A stretch of DNA of 64,000 bases from Clostridia bacterium. GTDB taxonomy: Bacteria > Bacillota > Clostridia > Christensenellales > SZUA-584. The translations under genes and the position numbers were made by a program. Location: assembly GCA_018648645.1 (NCBI GenBank), contig JABGQS010000001.1, positions 40,298 through 104,297 on the forward strand, given 5' to 3'. Numbering within the stretch: position 1 is the first letter of the stretch; every line of letters begins with the position of its first letter. The notes under the pieces were generated by a model. The model searched no databases. It was given only the letters and a program-made list of their open reading frames with translations, and had not been told where the DNA came from. Below, one piece after another: positions 18,376-28,276 of this stretch.

Positions 18376-20922
18376 ATGAATAGTCGTATTCGTTTTATAT
18401 TATTTGCGGTTTTGATCGTAGGTCTTTTTTTCACTTTGGTGGTGCAACTGGCAAAGCTGACAATTGTGGACGGCGAGAAATATGCGGCGTTGGCTGCGCA
18501 GCTTGAGGAAAGAGAAGTCAGCGTTTCGGGTGCAAGGGGCAGCATACTGGACAGAAACGGGTTGCCGTTGGCGTACGATCAAAAGAGCTACAATGTCCAG
18601 TTTTTAAGAGACCCTATGAAAAATAAAGAGACACACCGCGCATATTATACCGAAATTATAATTGAAGCAATTGCGATTATAGAAAAAAACGGCGCGAAGA
18701 CTGTTGACACCTTCGCAATCAGATATGACAATGACGAAGGCGTGTACTTTTTTGACTGGGGGGATATATCGCCCGAGAATCAAGTGAAACGTGAAGTGAA
18801 CTGGCGCGAGAACATGTACGTGAACAGCGACCTATCACCAGAGCAAATATACTTATTTCTGCGCAGAAAATATCAAATACCGAGCGAGATGGGGTATGAA
18901 GAGGCAAGAAAAGTGCTGTCAATTTGGCAGGATGTACAGCTTGCGTCTTGGGTTGCGTACAAGCCGATAGATATCGCGTATAACGTCAACATTCAAACGG
19001 TTGCTGAGATTGAAACACACGCGGTCGAGCTTGAGGGTATGAGCATTGCCGACAGCACGGTGAGGATATATCCGCGCGTGAATGTGGCTGCGCACACGAT
19101 TGGGTATCTTGGAAAAATCGAAGGAAAAGATAAGCTTGATGAGATGACTGATCTTGGGTACAGCGTGGATGACTTGATTGGAGTCAGCGGCGTTGAAGCG
19201 TCCATGGAGTCGTTTTTGTCGGGCAACAGCGCAAAACGGCAGGGTAAAAAAGTTGTGGAAATTGACAACATGGCCGTTGTTATAAACGAGCTTTCGTCTA
19301 CCGAACCGTCACAGGGCGATAATGTTGTATTGACAATTGATATTCCTTTGCAGCTGGCGCTCGAGGAAGCATTGGCAAAAAACGTTCCAAAGATAAAGGA
19401 AAAGCAGATAGAAATTTTTAATACTGATAGAGAAAAGCCGCTGAGTAAACAAAGCTATGAGGATATTGAAAAGATTGAGGATCTTAAACTTGCCGAGACG
19501 GGAGCTGCGGTTGTTATAGACGTGAACACCGGCGATGTTTTGGCGATTGGCAGCTATCCGAGTTTTGACTTGAATTTGTTTACCGGCGGTATTGATTACG
19601 ATGTGTTTAAAGAGATGAACGATGATGAAATAAAGACCCCGCTGTTTAACAAAGCTGTGTCGAGCCGAGGAACACCGGGCTCTATCTTTAAGATGGTAAC
19701 GGGCTTGGCGGGGTTGATGGAAGGCGAGCTCACGCTTGAAGAGCTGATTGATGACGAAAGTCCGTATGATAAATATACCAGATACGGTGAATCGCCGAGC
19801 TGTTGGACAAGATATCCAAGTAGCCATCAGAACCAAACGATTGTGGAGGGCCTGAAAAACAGCTGTAACTATTTCTTTTTTACCGTTTCGGACAGGTTGG
19901 GTATAGACCGCCTGAACGATTGGGGAGACAAGTTTGGATTGACATCATTGACCGGTATTGAGATTCCCAGCGAAGTGCAGGGCTATGTTGGTAACCAAGA
20001 CATACTGTATGATAACGATCGCGAAGTTAATGACCAGGAAGCGTATATTGCGATCCTTGTTAAGCGTCGTATCGTTGAGACGATACATCTGATCAGCGAG
20101 GAGAGAGATGTGCAGTACAGTGAGGATTTGATAGACGATACAGCGGATGAACTAGTTTTTCTTGCCGGTATTGACTGGAAACCGAGATCCGAGACCGACC
20201 CGACGCTAATAGATGAACGTGGGATTCCGTTGGGCGATTATATACGCAGTATATTGAACGATAACTTAAGGGTGCCGGAGAACATTGCGAATATCAATGG
20301 CTGGGACAGAGACATATCGGCTTATATTTATGAGCTGCGGTGGACGCCGTTTATGACGATAACCAGCGGAATTGGTCAGGGGCTTGTGCAGGTGACGCCG
20401 ATTGCGGTGGCAAGATACGTTGCGGCGCTTGTGAACGGCGGCATTGTCTATGAAATGCACGTTGTGGACAAAGTAATCCGCCAAGACGGTACGATATTGT
20501 TTGACCAAGAGCCGGTCGTGTTCAACACGCTGGATGCACCGGACGAATACTTGGATGCAATAAAGCGAGGAATGCGGGACGTTGTTGATGAAGGCGGAAC
20601 AGCGGATAGATATTTTAAGGACTTTATATATAAAGATGAAATGGGTGGTAAAACTGGCACGGCCGAAGTTAGCTTAATTGATCTTGAAAACAATAGTTGG
20701 TTTGTTTGTTTTGCGCCGTACGACAATCCTGAGATTGCTATTGTGGTGTACACTCCGAATGGGTATTCGGGAGGGCTGTCGTCTCTGGTTGCGCAGGATA
20801 TCATTACGTATTACATCGAAGACAGCCGGCTGGTGGCAAAGCAGACGATACCCGGCACAAACACGCTGGTACCCGAGCACAATCTGCTGGTGCCCGAGAA
20901 CGATGACGAGGAAGAGGAATAA
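18376..20922 (+). CDS. mrdA: Class B penicillin-binding protein (PBP2/MrdA-like)
   Basis: N-terminal TM, RGSILDRNG, GSIFK (SxxK), SCN (SxN), KTGTA; upstream of minCDE. Confidence 0.88.
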   Translation: MNSRIRFILFAVLIVGLFFTLVVQLAKLTIVDGEKYAALAAQLEEREVSVSGARGSILDRNGLPLAYDQKSYNVQFLRDPMKNKETHRAYYTEIIIEAIAIIEKNGAKTVDTFAIRYDNDEGVYFFDWGDISPENQVKREVNWRENMYVNSDLSPEQIYLFLRRKYQIPSEMGYEEARKVLSIWQDVQLASWVAYKPIDIAYNVNIQTVAEIETHAVELEGMSIADSTVRIYPRVNVAAHTIGYLGKIEGKDKLDEMTDLGYSVDDLIGVSGVEASMESFLSGNSAKRQGKKVVEIDNMAVVINELSSTEPSQGDNVVLTIDIPLQLALEEALAKNVPKIKEKQIEIFNTDREKPLSKQSYEDIEKIEDLKLAETGAAVVIDVNTGDVLAIGSYPSFDLNLFTGGIDYDVFKEMNDDEIKTPLFNKAVSSRGTPGSIFKMVTGLAGLMEGELTLEELIDDESPYDKYTRYGESPSCWTRYPSSHQNQTIVEGLKNSCNYFFFTVSDRLGIDRLNDWGDKFGLTSLTGIEIPSEVQGYVGNQDILYDNDREVNDQEAYIAILVKRRIVETIHLISEERDVQYSEDLIDDTADELVFLAGIDWKPRSETDPTLIDERGIPLGDYIRSILNDNLRVPENIANINGWDRDISAYIYELRWTPFMTITSGIGQGLVQVTPIAVARYVAALVNGGIVYEMHVVDKVIRQDGTILFDQEPVVFNTLDAPDEYLDAIKRGMRDVVDEGGTADRYFKDFIYKDEMGGKTGTAEVSLIDLENNSWFVCFAPYDNPEIAIVVYTPNGYSGGLSSLVAQDIITYYIEDSRLVAKQTIPGTNTLVPEHNLLVPENDDEEEE

Positions 20923-21006
20923 GTACGACATATTTACTGTATTATGCAGGATAATATAATACACATATAGAATTTTGAGCTACACGCTGATTATTTAGAG
21001 GGGTAT

Positions 21007-21690
21007 ATGGGAATTTCGATAAAAGGAAAAAACGGGCGATTAGAAGTTGCGGTAGATGAGAAGACGCCATATAGCGAAATCAAAAAGGCGATTACTGATA
21101 AGCTGTCGAAAAACAAAGACTTTTTTGCAGGCAGCGAGGCAAAGCTTGTTATCTCCGGCAAAGAAATGACAAAGGCGCAAAGGCAGGAGTTAAAACGGCT
21201 GCTTGCCATGGATTATGACATATTTGACGTGTCGTTTTGTGGCGCGTTGAGTTCGCCGGACTCGCAAGTGGAGGTAAAGCAGGCACAGCCGGCGCAGCGC
21301 AATGACGCTGACCCAGCTATTAATCTGGTTTCAAAAAACTATTTTAATGCGAAGAGCGTTTTCGTGTCGCACACGCTAAGAAGCGGACAGCGCGTGGAAT
21401 GCGCAGGTGATGTTGTGGTGCTTGGGGACGTTAACATTGGGGCAGAGGTTATTGCGGGAGGCAGCGTGGCGGTTATGGGCACGCTTAGAGGTTTGGTGCA
21501 CGCAGGTGCGACGGGGCGAAGCGATGTGGTGGTTGCGGCGAACGCGCTGCTACCCGGGCAGCTGCGCATAAGCGGAAAGATTGCCGTTTTCCCCGAAGGA
21601 AAACAGTCGCCGGGACCGGAGATTGCCGAGTATAAGCAGGGCAGCGTGATGGTGAGGCTCTTAAAAACACAAACAAGACAGAAAAAATAA
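21007..21690 (+). CDS. minC: Septum site-determining protein MinC
   Basis: TLRSGQRV...GDVN.GAEVIAGG...G.LRG..HAG. Confidence 0.95.
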   Translation: MGISIKGKNGRLEVAVDEKTPYSEIKKAITDKLSKNKDFFAGSEAKLVISGKEMTKAQRQELKRLLAMDYDIFDVSFCGALSSPDSQVEVKQAQPAQRNDADPAINLVSKNYFNAKSVFVSHTLRSGQRVECAGDVVVLGDVNIGAEVIAGGSVAVMGTLRGLVHAGATGRSDVVVAANALLPGQLRISGKIAVFPEGKQSPGPEIAEYKQGSVMVRLLKTQTRQKK

Positions 21691-21718
21691 TTGATATAAA
21701 CATTTTGGAGGATAAGGC

Positions 21719-22513
21719 ATGCAGAACGTAATTGTGGTTACATCGGGCAAAGGAGGCGTTGGAAAGACAACAACCGTTGCGAATCTTGGCGCAGGGCTGG
21801 TACAAGAAGGTAAAAGGGTTGTTTTGATTGATACGGACATCGGGCTTAGAAACTTGGATGTTGTTTTGGGACTAGAGAACCGAATCGTGTACGATTTGGT
21901 CGATATTGTTGAGGGCACGTGCAGAATGCAGCAGGCGATGATTCGCGATAAGCGATTTTCAGGATTGTTCTTGATACCGGCTGCGCAAACGCGAGACAAG
22001 ACGGCGGTGAGCCCCGCGCAAATGAGAAAGCTGATCGAAGAGCTGGAGCAGGAGTTTGACTATGTTTTGATAGATTGCCCGGCGGGGATAGAGCAGGGGT
22101 TCAAAAACGCGATTGCCGGAGCAAAATCGGCGATTGTGGTTACGGTGCCCGAAGTCAGCTCAGTGAGAGACGCGGACAGGATTATAGGACTTTTGTCGGC
22201 TAGCGGTATAGACGACTGCGAGCTGTTGGTCAACAGACTAAGACCCGACCTCGTGAGAAGAGGCGACATGCTTGCGCTGGACGACACGCTTGATATTTTG
22301 GGTATCGATCTGATCGGCGTTGTGCCGGAGGACGAGACGATTATTCGCAGCTCTAACATAGGAGAGCCGATTATAAGCAACGAAAAATCTATGGCGGGCA
22401 AGGCGTACAGGAACATTACGCAGCGTATACTCGGCAACAATGTTCCGCTGCTTGACATGGACACGCAGGGCAACTTCGGAGGAAAACTTAAGAAACTATT
22501 TAGCGGAAAGTAG
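21719..22513 (+). CDS. minD: Septum site-determining ATPase MinD
   Basis: SGKGGVGKTT, DIGLRNLD, DCPAGIE, RDADR, C-terminal amphipathic helix. Confidence 0.98.
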   Translation: MQNVIVVTSGKGGVGKTTTVANLGAGLVQEGKRVVLIDTDIGLRNLDVVLGLENRIVYDLVDIVEGTCRMQQAMIRDKRFSGLFLIPAAQTRDKTAVSPAQMRKLIEELEQEFDYVLIDCPAGIEQGFKNAIAGAKSAIVVTVPEVSSVRDADRIIGLLSASGIDDCELLVNRLRPDLVRRGDMLALDDTLDILGIDLIGVVPEDETIIRSSNIGEPIISNEKSMAGKAYRNITQRILGNNVPLLDMDTQGNFGGKLKKLFSGK

Positions 22514-22522
22514 GGGGGAATT

Positions 22523-22807
22523 ATGGCACGATTCAGACGAAAAAAGACATCATCCAGTAATGTCGCTAAAGAACGGTTGAAGTTGGTGTTGATCCATGAC
22601 AGGGCGGGCACGTCGCCTTCCGGCGATATCATGGAAAACATCAAGCAAGATATCATCAAGGTTATTTCGAAGTATTTTGAAGTGCGCGAAGAGCTTTTTG
22701 ACGTTGAGATAAAAAACACCAGAGACACCAAAGGCAGCAGCGCAACGACGTTGACTGCTAATATTCCGATTCGGCGAATTAAGAACATGGGAAAAAACAA
22801 GTACTAG
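22523..22807 (+). CDS. minE: Cell division topological specificity factor MinE
   Basis: AKERLKLVLIHDR, VISKY, L.ANIP. Confidence 0.97.
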   Translation: MARFRRKKTSSSNVAKERLKLVLIHDRAGTSPSGDIMENIKQDIIKVISKYFEVREELFDVEIKNTRDTKGSSATTLTANIPIRRIKNMGKNKY

Positions 22808-23001
22808 GGCGCCTTAACTTTAAACTGATGCGTTTTTATCAGTACTTTTACTCGAAAGCAGAGCCGGGGGGGTGGACACTGCCCCTTCTTTTTATGCGAA
22901 GAGTACGCTTGGAGCGCGGCGATACTGTAATAAATTAGTCAAAAAGGTTGGCGTATCGTGGGTTTTGTGGGTATAATATAAAAAAATGATGGGAGATATA
23001 T

Positions 23002-24342
23002 ATGAGCGGTTTGGTTTTTGATTTTAACAATGCAATGGCGGGAATGGTGAGCCATGGGTTTGAAATACAGCAGAGCGATGAGGCGATGGTGGCGAAGGCG
23101 CACAGCGCTATGCAAGAGGGGCAGATGGGGTTTCGCGAGCTGCCGAGAGGGCAGGAAGATATTCTTGATGATATTATTGACACAGCTAGAGATGTGAGTG
23201 AGCGGTTTGATAATTTCGTTGTACTGGGCATCGGAGGAAGCGCGCTTGGTCCGATTGCGGTGTATCATGCGCTTGGGCAGCAAAGCGATATCAACTTTTT
23301 CGTAGAAGACAACATTGACCCCGAACGGCTTAACAGAACGTTTGGTGGTCTCGATTTGCAAAAAACGATGTTTAACGTTGTGACGAAGTCGGGCAAGACC
23401 AGCGAGACGATGGCGCAGATGATGACGGTAGCCGGAATGCTGGAGAAAGCGGGGCTGAAGCTGAGTGACCACATGATTGCTACGACGGACAAAGAAAACG
23501 GTAATCTCGCACTGATTGCAAGAAAAGAGGGGCTTAAGACGTTTATATTGCCGAGCAATGTCGGCGGAAGGTTTTCTGAGCTTAGCCCGGTTGGGCTTTT
23601 GCCTGCGGCGGTGTGCGGGATTGATATTCGCGGTTTGCTGCAAGGTGCTGCGCATATGGACGAGGTATGTTCACGCGAGCAAAATAACCCGGCGGCGATG
23701 TTTGCGCTGCTGCACGTGATGGGAATGCAAAGAGATATGAACATCAGCGTGATGATGCCGTATGCGGACAGCTTAAAGTTTATGTCGGACTGGTACGCGC
23801 AGATTTGGGCAGAGTCGCTCGGCAAGAGAGTGGACAATGACGGCAATGAAGTGTTTGTAGGGCAGACGCCTGTTGGTGCACTCGGTGTGACCGACCAGCA
23901 TTCGCAGGTGCAGCTGTATACCGAAGGTCCGTTTGACAAAATAGTGACCTTCCTGAAGGTTGACAAGTTTGCAAGTGAGCTAAAGATTCCAAAGGCGTTT
24001 GAGTATGTGCAGGACATCGCGTTTCTCTGTGGCAAGTCGTTTAGTGAGCTGATGGCGGCAGAGCAAAGCGCTACCGAGTATGCGCTCTGTGTTGCAGACC
24101 GCCCGAACATTTCCATAACGCTGAGCGAAGTTGACGCGTTTAGCATAGGCGCGCTGCTATATTTCTTTGAGATGGCGACTGCGTATGCCGGAGAGATGAT
24201 GGGCATTAACACGTTTGACCAACCGGGTGTGGAGGAAGGTAAACTGGCAACTTTTGCGCTGATGGGCAAGCAGGGCTTTGAGGAAAAGAAGGCGCAGATG
24301 GATGCCTTATCAAAAAAGCAAGACAAGTGGATTATGCAATAG
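23002..24342 (+). CDS. pgi: Glucose-6-phosphate isomerase
   Basis: GIGGSALG, KSG.T.ET, VGGRFS, ESLGK, DQHSQ.QL, FDQPGVE.GK. Confidence 0.97.
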   Translation: MSGLVFDFNNAMAGMVSHGFEIQQSDEAMVAKAHSAMQEGQMGFRELPRGQEDILDDIIDTARDVSERFDNFVVLGIGGSALGPIAVYHALGQQSDINFFVEDNIDPERLNRTFGGLDLQKTMFNVVTKSGKTSETMAQMMTVAGMLEKAGLKLSDHMIATTDKENGNLALIARKEGLKTFILPSNVGGRFSELSPVGLLPAAVCGIDIRGLLQGAAHMDEVCSREQNNPAAMFALLHVMGMQRDMNISVMMPYADSLKFMSDWYAQIWAESLGKRVDNDGNEVFVGQTPVGALGVTDQHSQVQLYTEGPFDKIVTFLKVDKFASELKIPKAFEYVQDIAFLCGKSFSELMAAEQSATEYALCVADRPNISITLSEVDAFSIGALLYFFEMATAYAGEMMGINTFDQPGVEEGKLATFALMGKQGFEEKKAQMDALSKKQDKWIMQ

Positions 24343-24353
24343 TAAAGTAAAAG

Positions 24354-24388
24354 AAAAGCAGCGACTTTGAATCGGTCGCTGCTTTTTT
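24354..24388. terminator. Bidirectional intrinsic terminator
   Basis: aaaagcagcgac...gtcgctgctttttt. Confidence 0.85.
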
Positions 24389-24404
24389 CATGTTTTCTTA
24401 AGCG

Positions 24405-25769
24405 TTAAGCTTCATGAATCACATTCTCGTCATATAGCGCAACTTGATTTCTGCCGTTTGCTTTTGCGAGATAAAGTGCTTCGTCTGCGTATTTGATCAG
24501 CTCTTCGATTTTGTTGATTGGAGTTTCGGGGAAGGAAACGACGCCAACGCTTACGGTAACCCGCATTTCATTATCGCCGTAGGGCACAGAGCTGCGCTCG
24601 ATCAGAGAGCGAATCCTGTCTGCCACAACCATGATATCATGTGTGGACGCGCCCGGCAAAACCGCCATGAACTCTTCGCCGCCATAGCGAACGAGAATAT
24701 CATGCTCGCGAAGTATGACCTTGATTTTATTGGTGATTGAAACAAGAATTTTGTCACCTGCGATGTGTCCGTATGTGTCGTTGACTAGCTTAAAGTGATC
24801 GAGATCGAGCATCAACAAACCCAGCGGAGCGCTGCTTCGAACCGAAGCGGAGTATTCTTCTGAAAGGCGTACGAAACCGAACCTTCGGTTGTACGCGCCG
24901 GTGAGTGGGTCTAGCGCGACGAGGGTTTGCAGCTGGCTGTGCTTTAGTGAGTTGTTGAGCGCGAGCGCCAAGTTGTTGCTGAACATATCAAGGTGGTTGA
25001 TGTTGCTCGGCTGATGAGTCGTGCTTGCCAGAATTACGACACCTAAAACCGCATCCTTGTATAGCAGCGGCTCGACGATGATGCTGCGCGGTTTCACTTG
25101 CGTAAGCAGTCCGTCGATTACAATGTCTTCGGGAAGCTCAATAACTTTGGTGATTTTTGATTTGAGTGCGCGCAGAATATGGTTGTTGTCTATCAGCGAC
25201 TCTGCGTCTTTGATGCCTTCGCATGCAGTGAGAGTCAGCTTTCCGCTCTCCATTACGAAAACTGCGCCAAAGTTTGTTTTAGTGAATGCGAGTATTTTAG
25301 ATAATGCGCCTTCGGTAAGCGAATCGAGTGCAAGCTCGCTGGACAGCGTTCGGTTGTATTTTCGCACAGCGTTCTGGGTACTCAGCGACTGCTCGAAAGC
25401 GGAAAGGAGCTGGTTAAAGGCATGTGCGCTTCTTCCAAATTCGTCTGTTGAGTCGTCGGCAAGGTAGCAGTCCTGCGCGTCACAGAGCTGCTCCATATCG
25501 CTTTGCGACATTTCATGAAGTCTGTTTTCTACTTTGATCATGGAATCCGAAACGCGTTTCAGCCTTTTTTTTACTATCATCCGAGCCAAAAAGATATTGA
25601 TCGCCCCGACTATGACGCCGGCAAGGACGCAAAGCAAAAACATGAGCAAGGATAAAGCGATGTTTTTTGACACACCCATCCAAACCATAAAGAACGGAAA
25701 CGTGAGACCGACAAAGATTCCAAATCCGATCATGGAAACAGCAAGTATTGAAAATACATTTTTTCGCAT
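24405..25769 (-). CDS. Membrane diguanylate cyclase (2 TM, HAMP-like, GAF-like, GGDEF)
   Basis: DPLTG, DLDHFK.VND.YGH..GD, RxxD I-site (REHD), RYGGEEF, ADEALY.AK..GRN. Confidence 0.92.
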   Translation of the reverse strand: MRKNVFSILAVSMIGFGIFVGLTFPFFMVWMGVSKNIALSLLMFLLCVLAGVIVGAINIFLARMIVKKRLKRVSDSMIKVENRLHEMSQSDMEQLCDAQDCYLADDSTDEFGRSAHAFNQLLSAFEQSLSTQNAVRKYNRTLSSELALDSLTEGALSKILAFTKTNFGAVFVMESGKLTLTACEGIKDAESLIDNNHILRALKSKITKVIELPEDIVIDGLLTQVKPRSIIVEPLLYKDAVLGVVILASTTHQPSNINHLDMFSNNLALALNNSLKHSQLQTLVALDPLTGAYNRRFGFVRLSEEYSASVRSSAPLGLLMLDLDHFKLVNDTYGHIAGDKILVSITNKIKVILREHDILVRYGGEEFMAVLPGASTHDIMVVADRIRSLIERSSVPYGDNEMRVTVSVGVVSFPETPINKIEELIKYADEALYLAKANGRNQVALYDENVIHEA

Positions 25770-25862
25770 ATACATTCTCCTTTACTATGCGTTTATGCTT
25801 GTTTGTAAACATTTAAGTGTACTTTTAAACATCATTTGGGAAGGTGCGGGGGAGTATTTTAC

Positions 25863-25892
25863 AAAAAAAGACGGGCATTTACCCGTCATTTT
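25863..25892 (-). terminator. Terminator of thiT
   Basis: Minus strand gacgggtaaatgcccgtcttttttt. Confidence 0.75.
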
Positions 25893-25921
25893 CCAGATAT
25901 ACAATAAAATGTTATGCAATA

Positions 25922-26638
25922 TTATGCAGTCCGTGCCTTTTGCTTTCTTGCCAACGAATCCGCTTTGAATGACTCAATCGCTTTGCGGACACCCGGTATC
26001 AGCGCGATCACAAAACAAATCACTATCTCAGGACCGAGGTATGTGATGTTGTAGAGCAGTGAGTAGACAGCGGCGCTTTGACCTTCGGGCGCCCATTCAC
26101 CAAAGAAGATCATGCCGCTAAGAAACGCAAACAGCAGTCTGCCAAGTCCTCCGACGATTATGCCGGGAAGTATGTTTTTCTTGAACAGGCCGGTTAGCGA
26201 TATTGCCATGAATGCCAGCATGTAGTCGAACAAAAACTGTACCCAATGTACTATATACAAGTCTTGCACCATTTGAAGCAATCCGTATGCCAGCCCAACA
26301 ATAAGACCTTTTGGTGTGCCGTAGATATATGCGAACATCATGATTGGAAGCATACTGGCAGGTGTGATTGACCCGCCTTGCGGCATTCGAAAGAACTTTA
26401 GGTATGACAGCGCAAAAGCGATTGCAATGCACAGCGCGCCAAAGACGAGCTCTCTTGTAGCCCATCCGGCTTTGGTCGGGATTTCGTCTTTCCGGTTTTT
26501 TCTTATCTTATTTATGATTAGGATGACAGCGGTTGTTATTGCGGCGGCGATAACCAGAATGATGACGATAGCCAGCGCGATTCCCCACCACGGCGTTATG
26601 CCTTCTGCGTTTGTAAATAGTGTGTTTAGCCAGTTCAT
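25922..26638 (-). CDS. thiT: ECF-type thiamine transporter S component ThiT
   Basis: MPQGGSIT..SM.PI, H..Q...DY, SG..FFGEWAPEG, YS..YN..Y; TPP riboswitch upstream. Confidence 0.93.
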   Translation of the reverse strand: MNWLNTLFTNAEGITPWWGIALAIVIILVIAAAITTAVILIINKIRKNRKDEIPTKAGWATRELVFGALCIAIAFALSYLKFFRMPQGGSITPASMLPIMMFAYIYGTPKGLIVGLAYGLLQMVQDLYIVHWVQFLFDYMLAFMAISLTGLFKKNILPGIIVGGLGRLLFAFLSGMIFFGEWAPEGQSAAVYSLLYNITYLGPEIVICFVIALIPGVRKAIESFKADSLARKQKARTA

Positions 26639-26745
26639 TTAATTCTCCTTAGGTGTTTGTATTTTATTACCGCATAAGGTAGAATATAAAGAGAAGATTT
26701 GACGTTTGTGCTTGGCTCTTTTCATGAAGTGCTGGTTTTTGGAAA

Positions 26746-26772
26746 TAAAAAAACCGTGCACCGCACGGAAAG
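26746..26772 (-). terminator. Riboswitch-controlled terminator in the thiT leader
   Basis: Minus strand ccgtgc-ggt-gcacgg-ttttttt directly after the aptamer. Confidence 0.8.
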
Positions 26773-26785
26773 AAGGTCGTTAATC

Positions 26786-26874
26786 TTGCTTCCCTGCGTT
26801 GGAATTATCCAACAGGTTCAAAGGGTATTGCGCCTATCAGCGCATCTCAGCCTATGCGGCCCCCCTAGCGGTTA
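26786..26874 (-). ncRNA. TPP (thiamine pyrophosphate) riboswitch
   Basis: Minus strand CTAGGGG...GGCTGAGA...ATACCCTTTGAACCTG..GGATAAT.CC..CGCAGGGAAG, the THI-box core. Confidence 0.95.
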
Positions 26875-26935
26875 AGAGGATTATAACGCGGCGGTGAGGG
26901 CGTGTCAAGAGGCATGTATGTTTGGAGGAAAGCGA

Positions 26936-27514
26936 ATGTATCATTTTTTTAGTTTTATGGCGAAGATGAAGCACATCAAGCGATGGGGGCTTATGCGCAA
27001 CACGCGAGAAGAGAACATACAAGAGCATTCGCTGCAAACGGCGATGATTGCGCACGCGCTGGCGATTATTAAGAATACGTATTTTGGCGGCGAAGTGGAC
27101 GCTGAGCATGTGATGGCGGTGGCTGTTTTTCACGAGGCGGGCGAGGTGATTACAGGCGATTTGGCGACGCCGATAAAGTATTATAACCCCGAGATTAAGC
27201 AGGCGTATAAGCAGATTGAGCGTGTAGCCGAGCAAAAGCTGGTAGGGATGCTCCCCGATGAGCTTAGGGGCGAGTACGGCGACTTGATATTAAATCGCGA
27301 AGCTGACGACGAGGTTTATAAAATTGTAAAAGCGGCGGATAAAATTTGCGCTTACTTAAAGTGCGTTGAGGAGATGTCGGCGGGCAACAAGGAATTTGAG
27401 AAAGCCAAGGCGACGCTAAAAAAGGCAATTAAAAAAATTGACATGAAAGAAGTGCAGTTCTTTATGGATAACTTTGTGCCAAGCTTTGACTTGACGCTTG
27501 ATGAGCTAAATTAA
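26936..27514 (+). CDS. yfbR: HD-domain 5'-deoxynucleotidase (YfbR-like)
   Basis: RWGLMRN...ENI.EHS, FHE..E..TGD..TP.KY, VKAADK; ATG 26936 with ggagg RBS. Confidence 0.9.
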   Translation: MYHFFSFMAKMKHIKRWGLMRNTREENIQEHSLQTAMIAHALAIIKNTYFGGEVDAEHVMAVAVFHEAGEVITGDLATPIKYYNPEIKQAYKQIERVAEQKLVGMLPDELRGEYGDLILNREADDEVYKIVKAADKICAYLKCVEEMSAGNKEFEKAKATLKKAIKKIDMKEVQFFMDNFVPSFDLTLDELN

Positions 27515-28158
27515 TTTTCGGACTCGGAAGAGATTAGTTTTTCCAACTTATTTTTTACACGCTGGAGCGCGTTGTCGACAGACTTTACGCTGCGGTTAAG
27601 CTCTTTGGCAACTTCGAGGTACGATTTGCCTTCGATGTATTTTTGCAGAACCTTCATTTCGAGAGGAGAGAGCATTTTGCCCATTTTAGACTCGATGGTG
27701 CTAAAATCCTCTTTGCCGATAAAGATGTCTTCGGGGTTGCTGATTTTACCGCTGCTGAGCACGTCTATGAGCATCCTGTCCGACTCCTCGTCGTATACCG
27801 GTTTGTTAAGAGACACGTATGAGTTTAGCGGACGGTGCTTTTGACGCGTGGCTGTTTTGATTGCGGTGATGATTTGGCGCGTGATGCAAAGCTCTGCAAA
27901 AGCGCGAAACGAGGTGAGTTTGCTAGCGCGAAAATCTCGAATCGCCTTGTAGAGACCAATCATGCCTTCCTGTACGATGTCTTCTCTATCCGCACCGATA
28001 AGGAAATATGAACGCGCCTTGGCACGCACGAAATTTTTGTATTTGGTTAACAGATAATCCTGCGCGTCTGAGTCGTTATCTCGCGCAAGCTCTGCAATTT
28101 GCTCGTCCGGCAACTCGTCAAAATCGGTATAAACTTTTGTCATGGGTGTGGTGTTCAA
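27511..28158 (-). CDS. sigH: RNA polymerase sigma factor SigH
   Basis: KARSYFLIGADREDIVQEGMIGLYKAIRDF, ATRQKH.PLNSYVSL, KSVDNALQRVK. Confidence 0.97.
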   Translation of the reverse strand: MNTTPMTKVYTDFDELPDEQIAELARDNDSDAQDYLLTKYKNFVRAKARSYFLIGADREDIVQEGMIGLYKAIRDFRASKLTSFRAFAELCITRQIITAIKTATRQKHRPLNSYVSLNKPVYDEESDRMLIDVLSSGKISNPEDIFIGKEDFSTIESKMGKMLSPLEMKVLQKYIEGKSYLEVAKELNRSVKSVDNALQRVKNKLEKLISSESEN

Positions 28159-28189
28159 GGTGACTCCTCCTGCAATGTGTGTAATTCAT

Positions 28190-28218
28190 ATTATAACTGC
28201 CGCAATGCCGAACGTCAA
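28190..28218 (-). promoter_or_regulatory. Sigma-A promoter of sigH
   Basis: Minus strand TTGACG-N17-TATAAT. Confidence 0.8.
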
Positions 28219-28276
28219 TGCAAATCGGAGCGGCTTGTGTTAAGTTTGTATGAAGTTTTTTTGAAACGGTGTTTTA

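Noticed and set aside
23265-24326. 353-aa minus-strand ORF
   Set aside because: Antisense to pgi; Ser/Ile-rich composition typical of a shadow frame.
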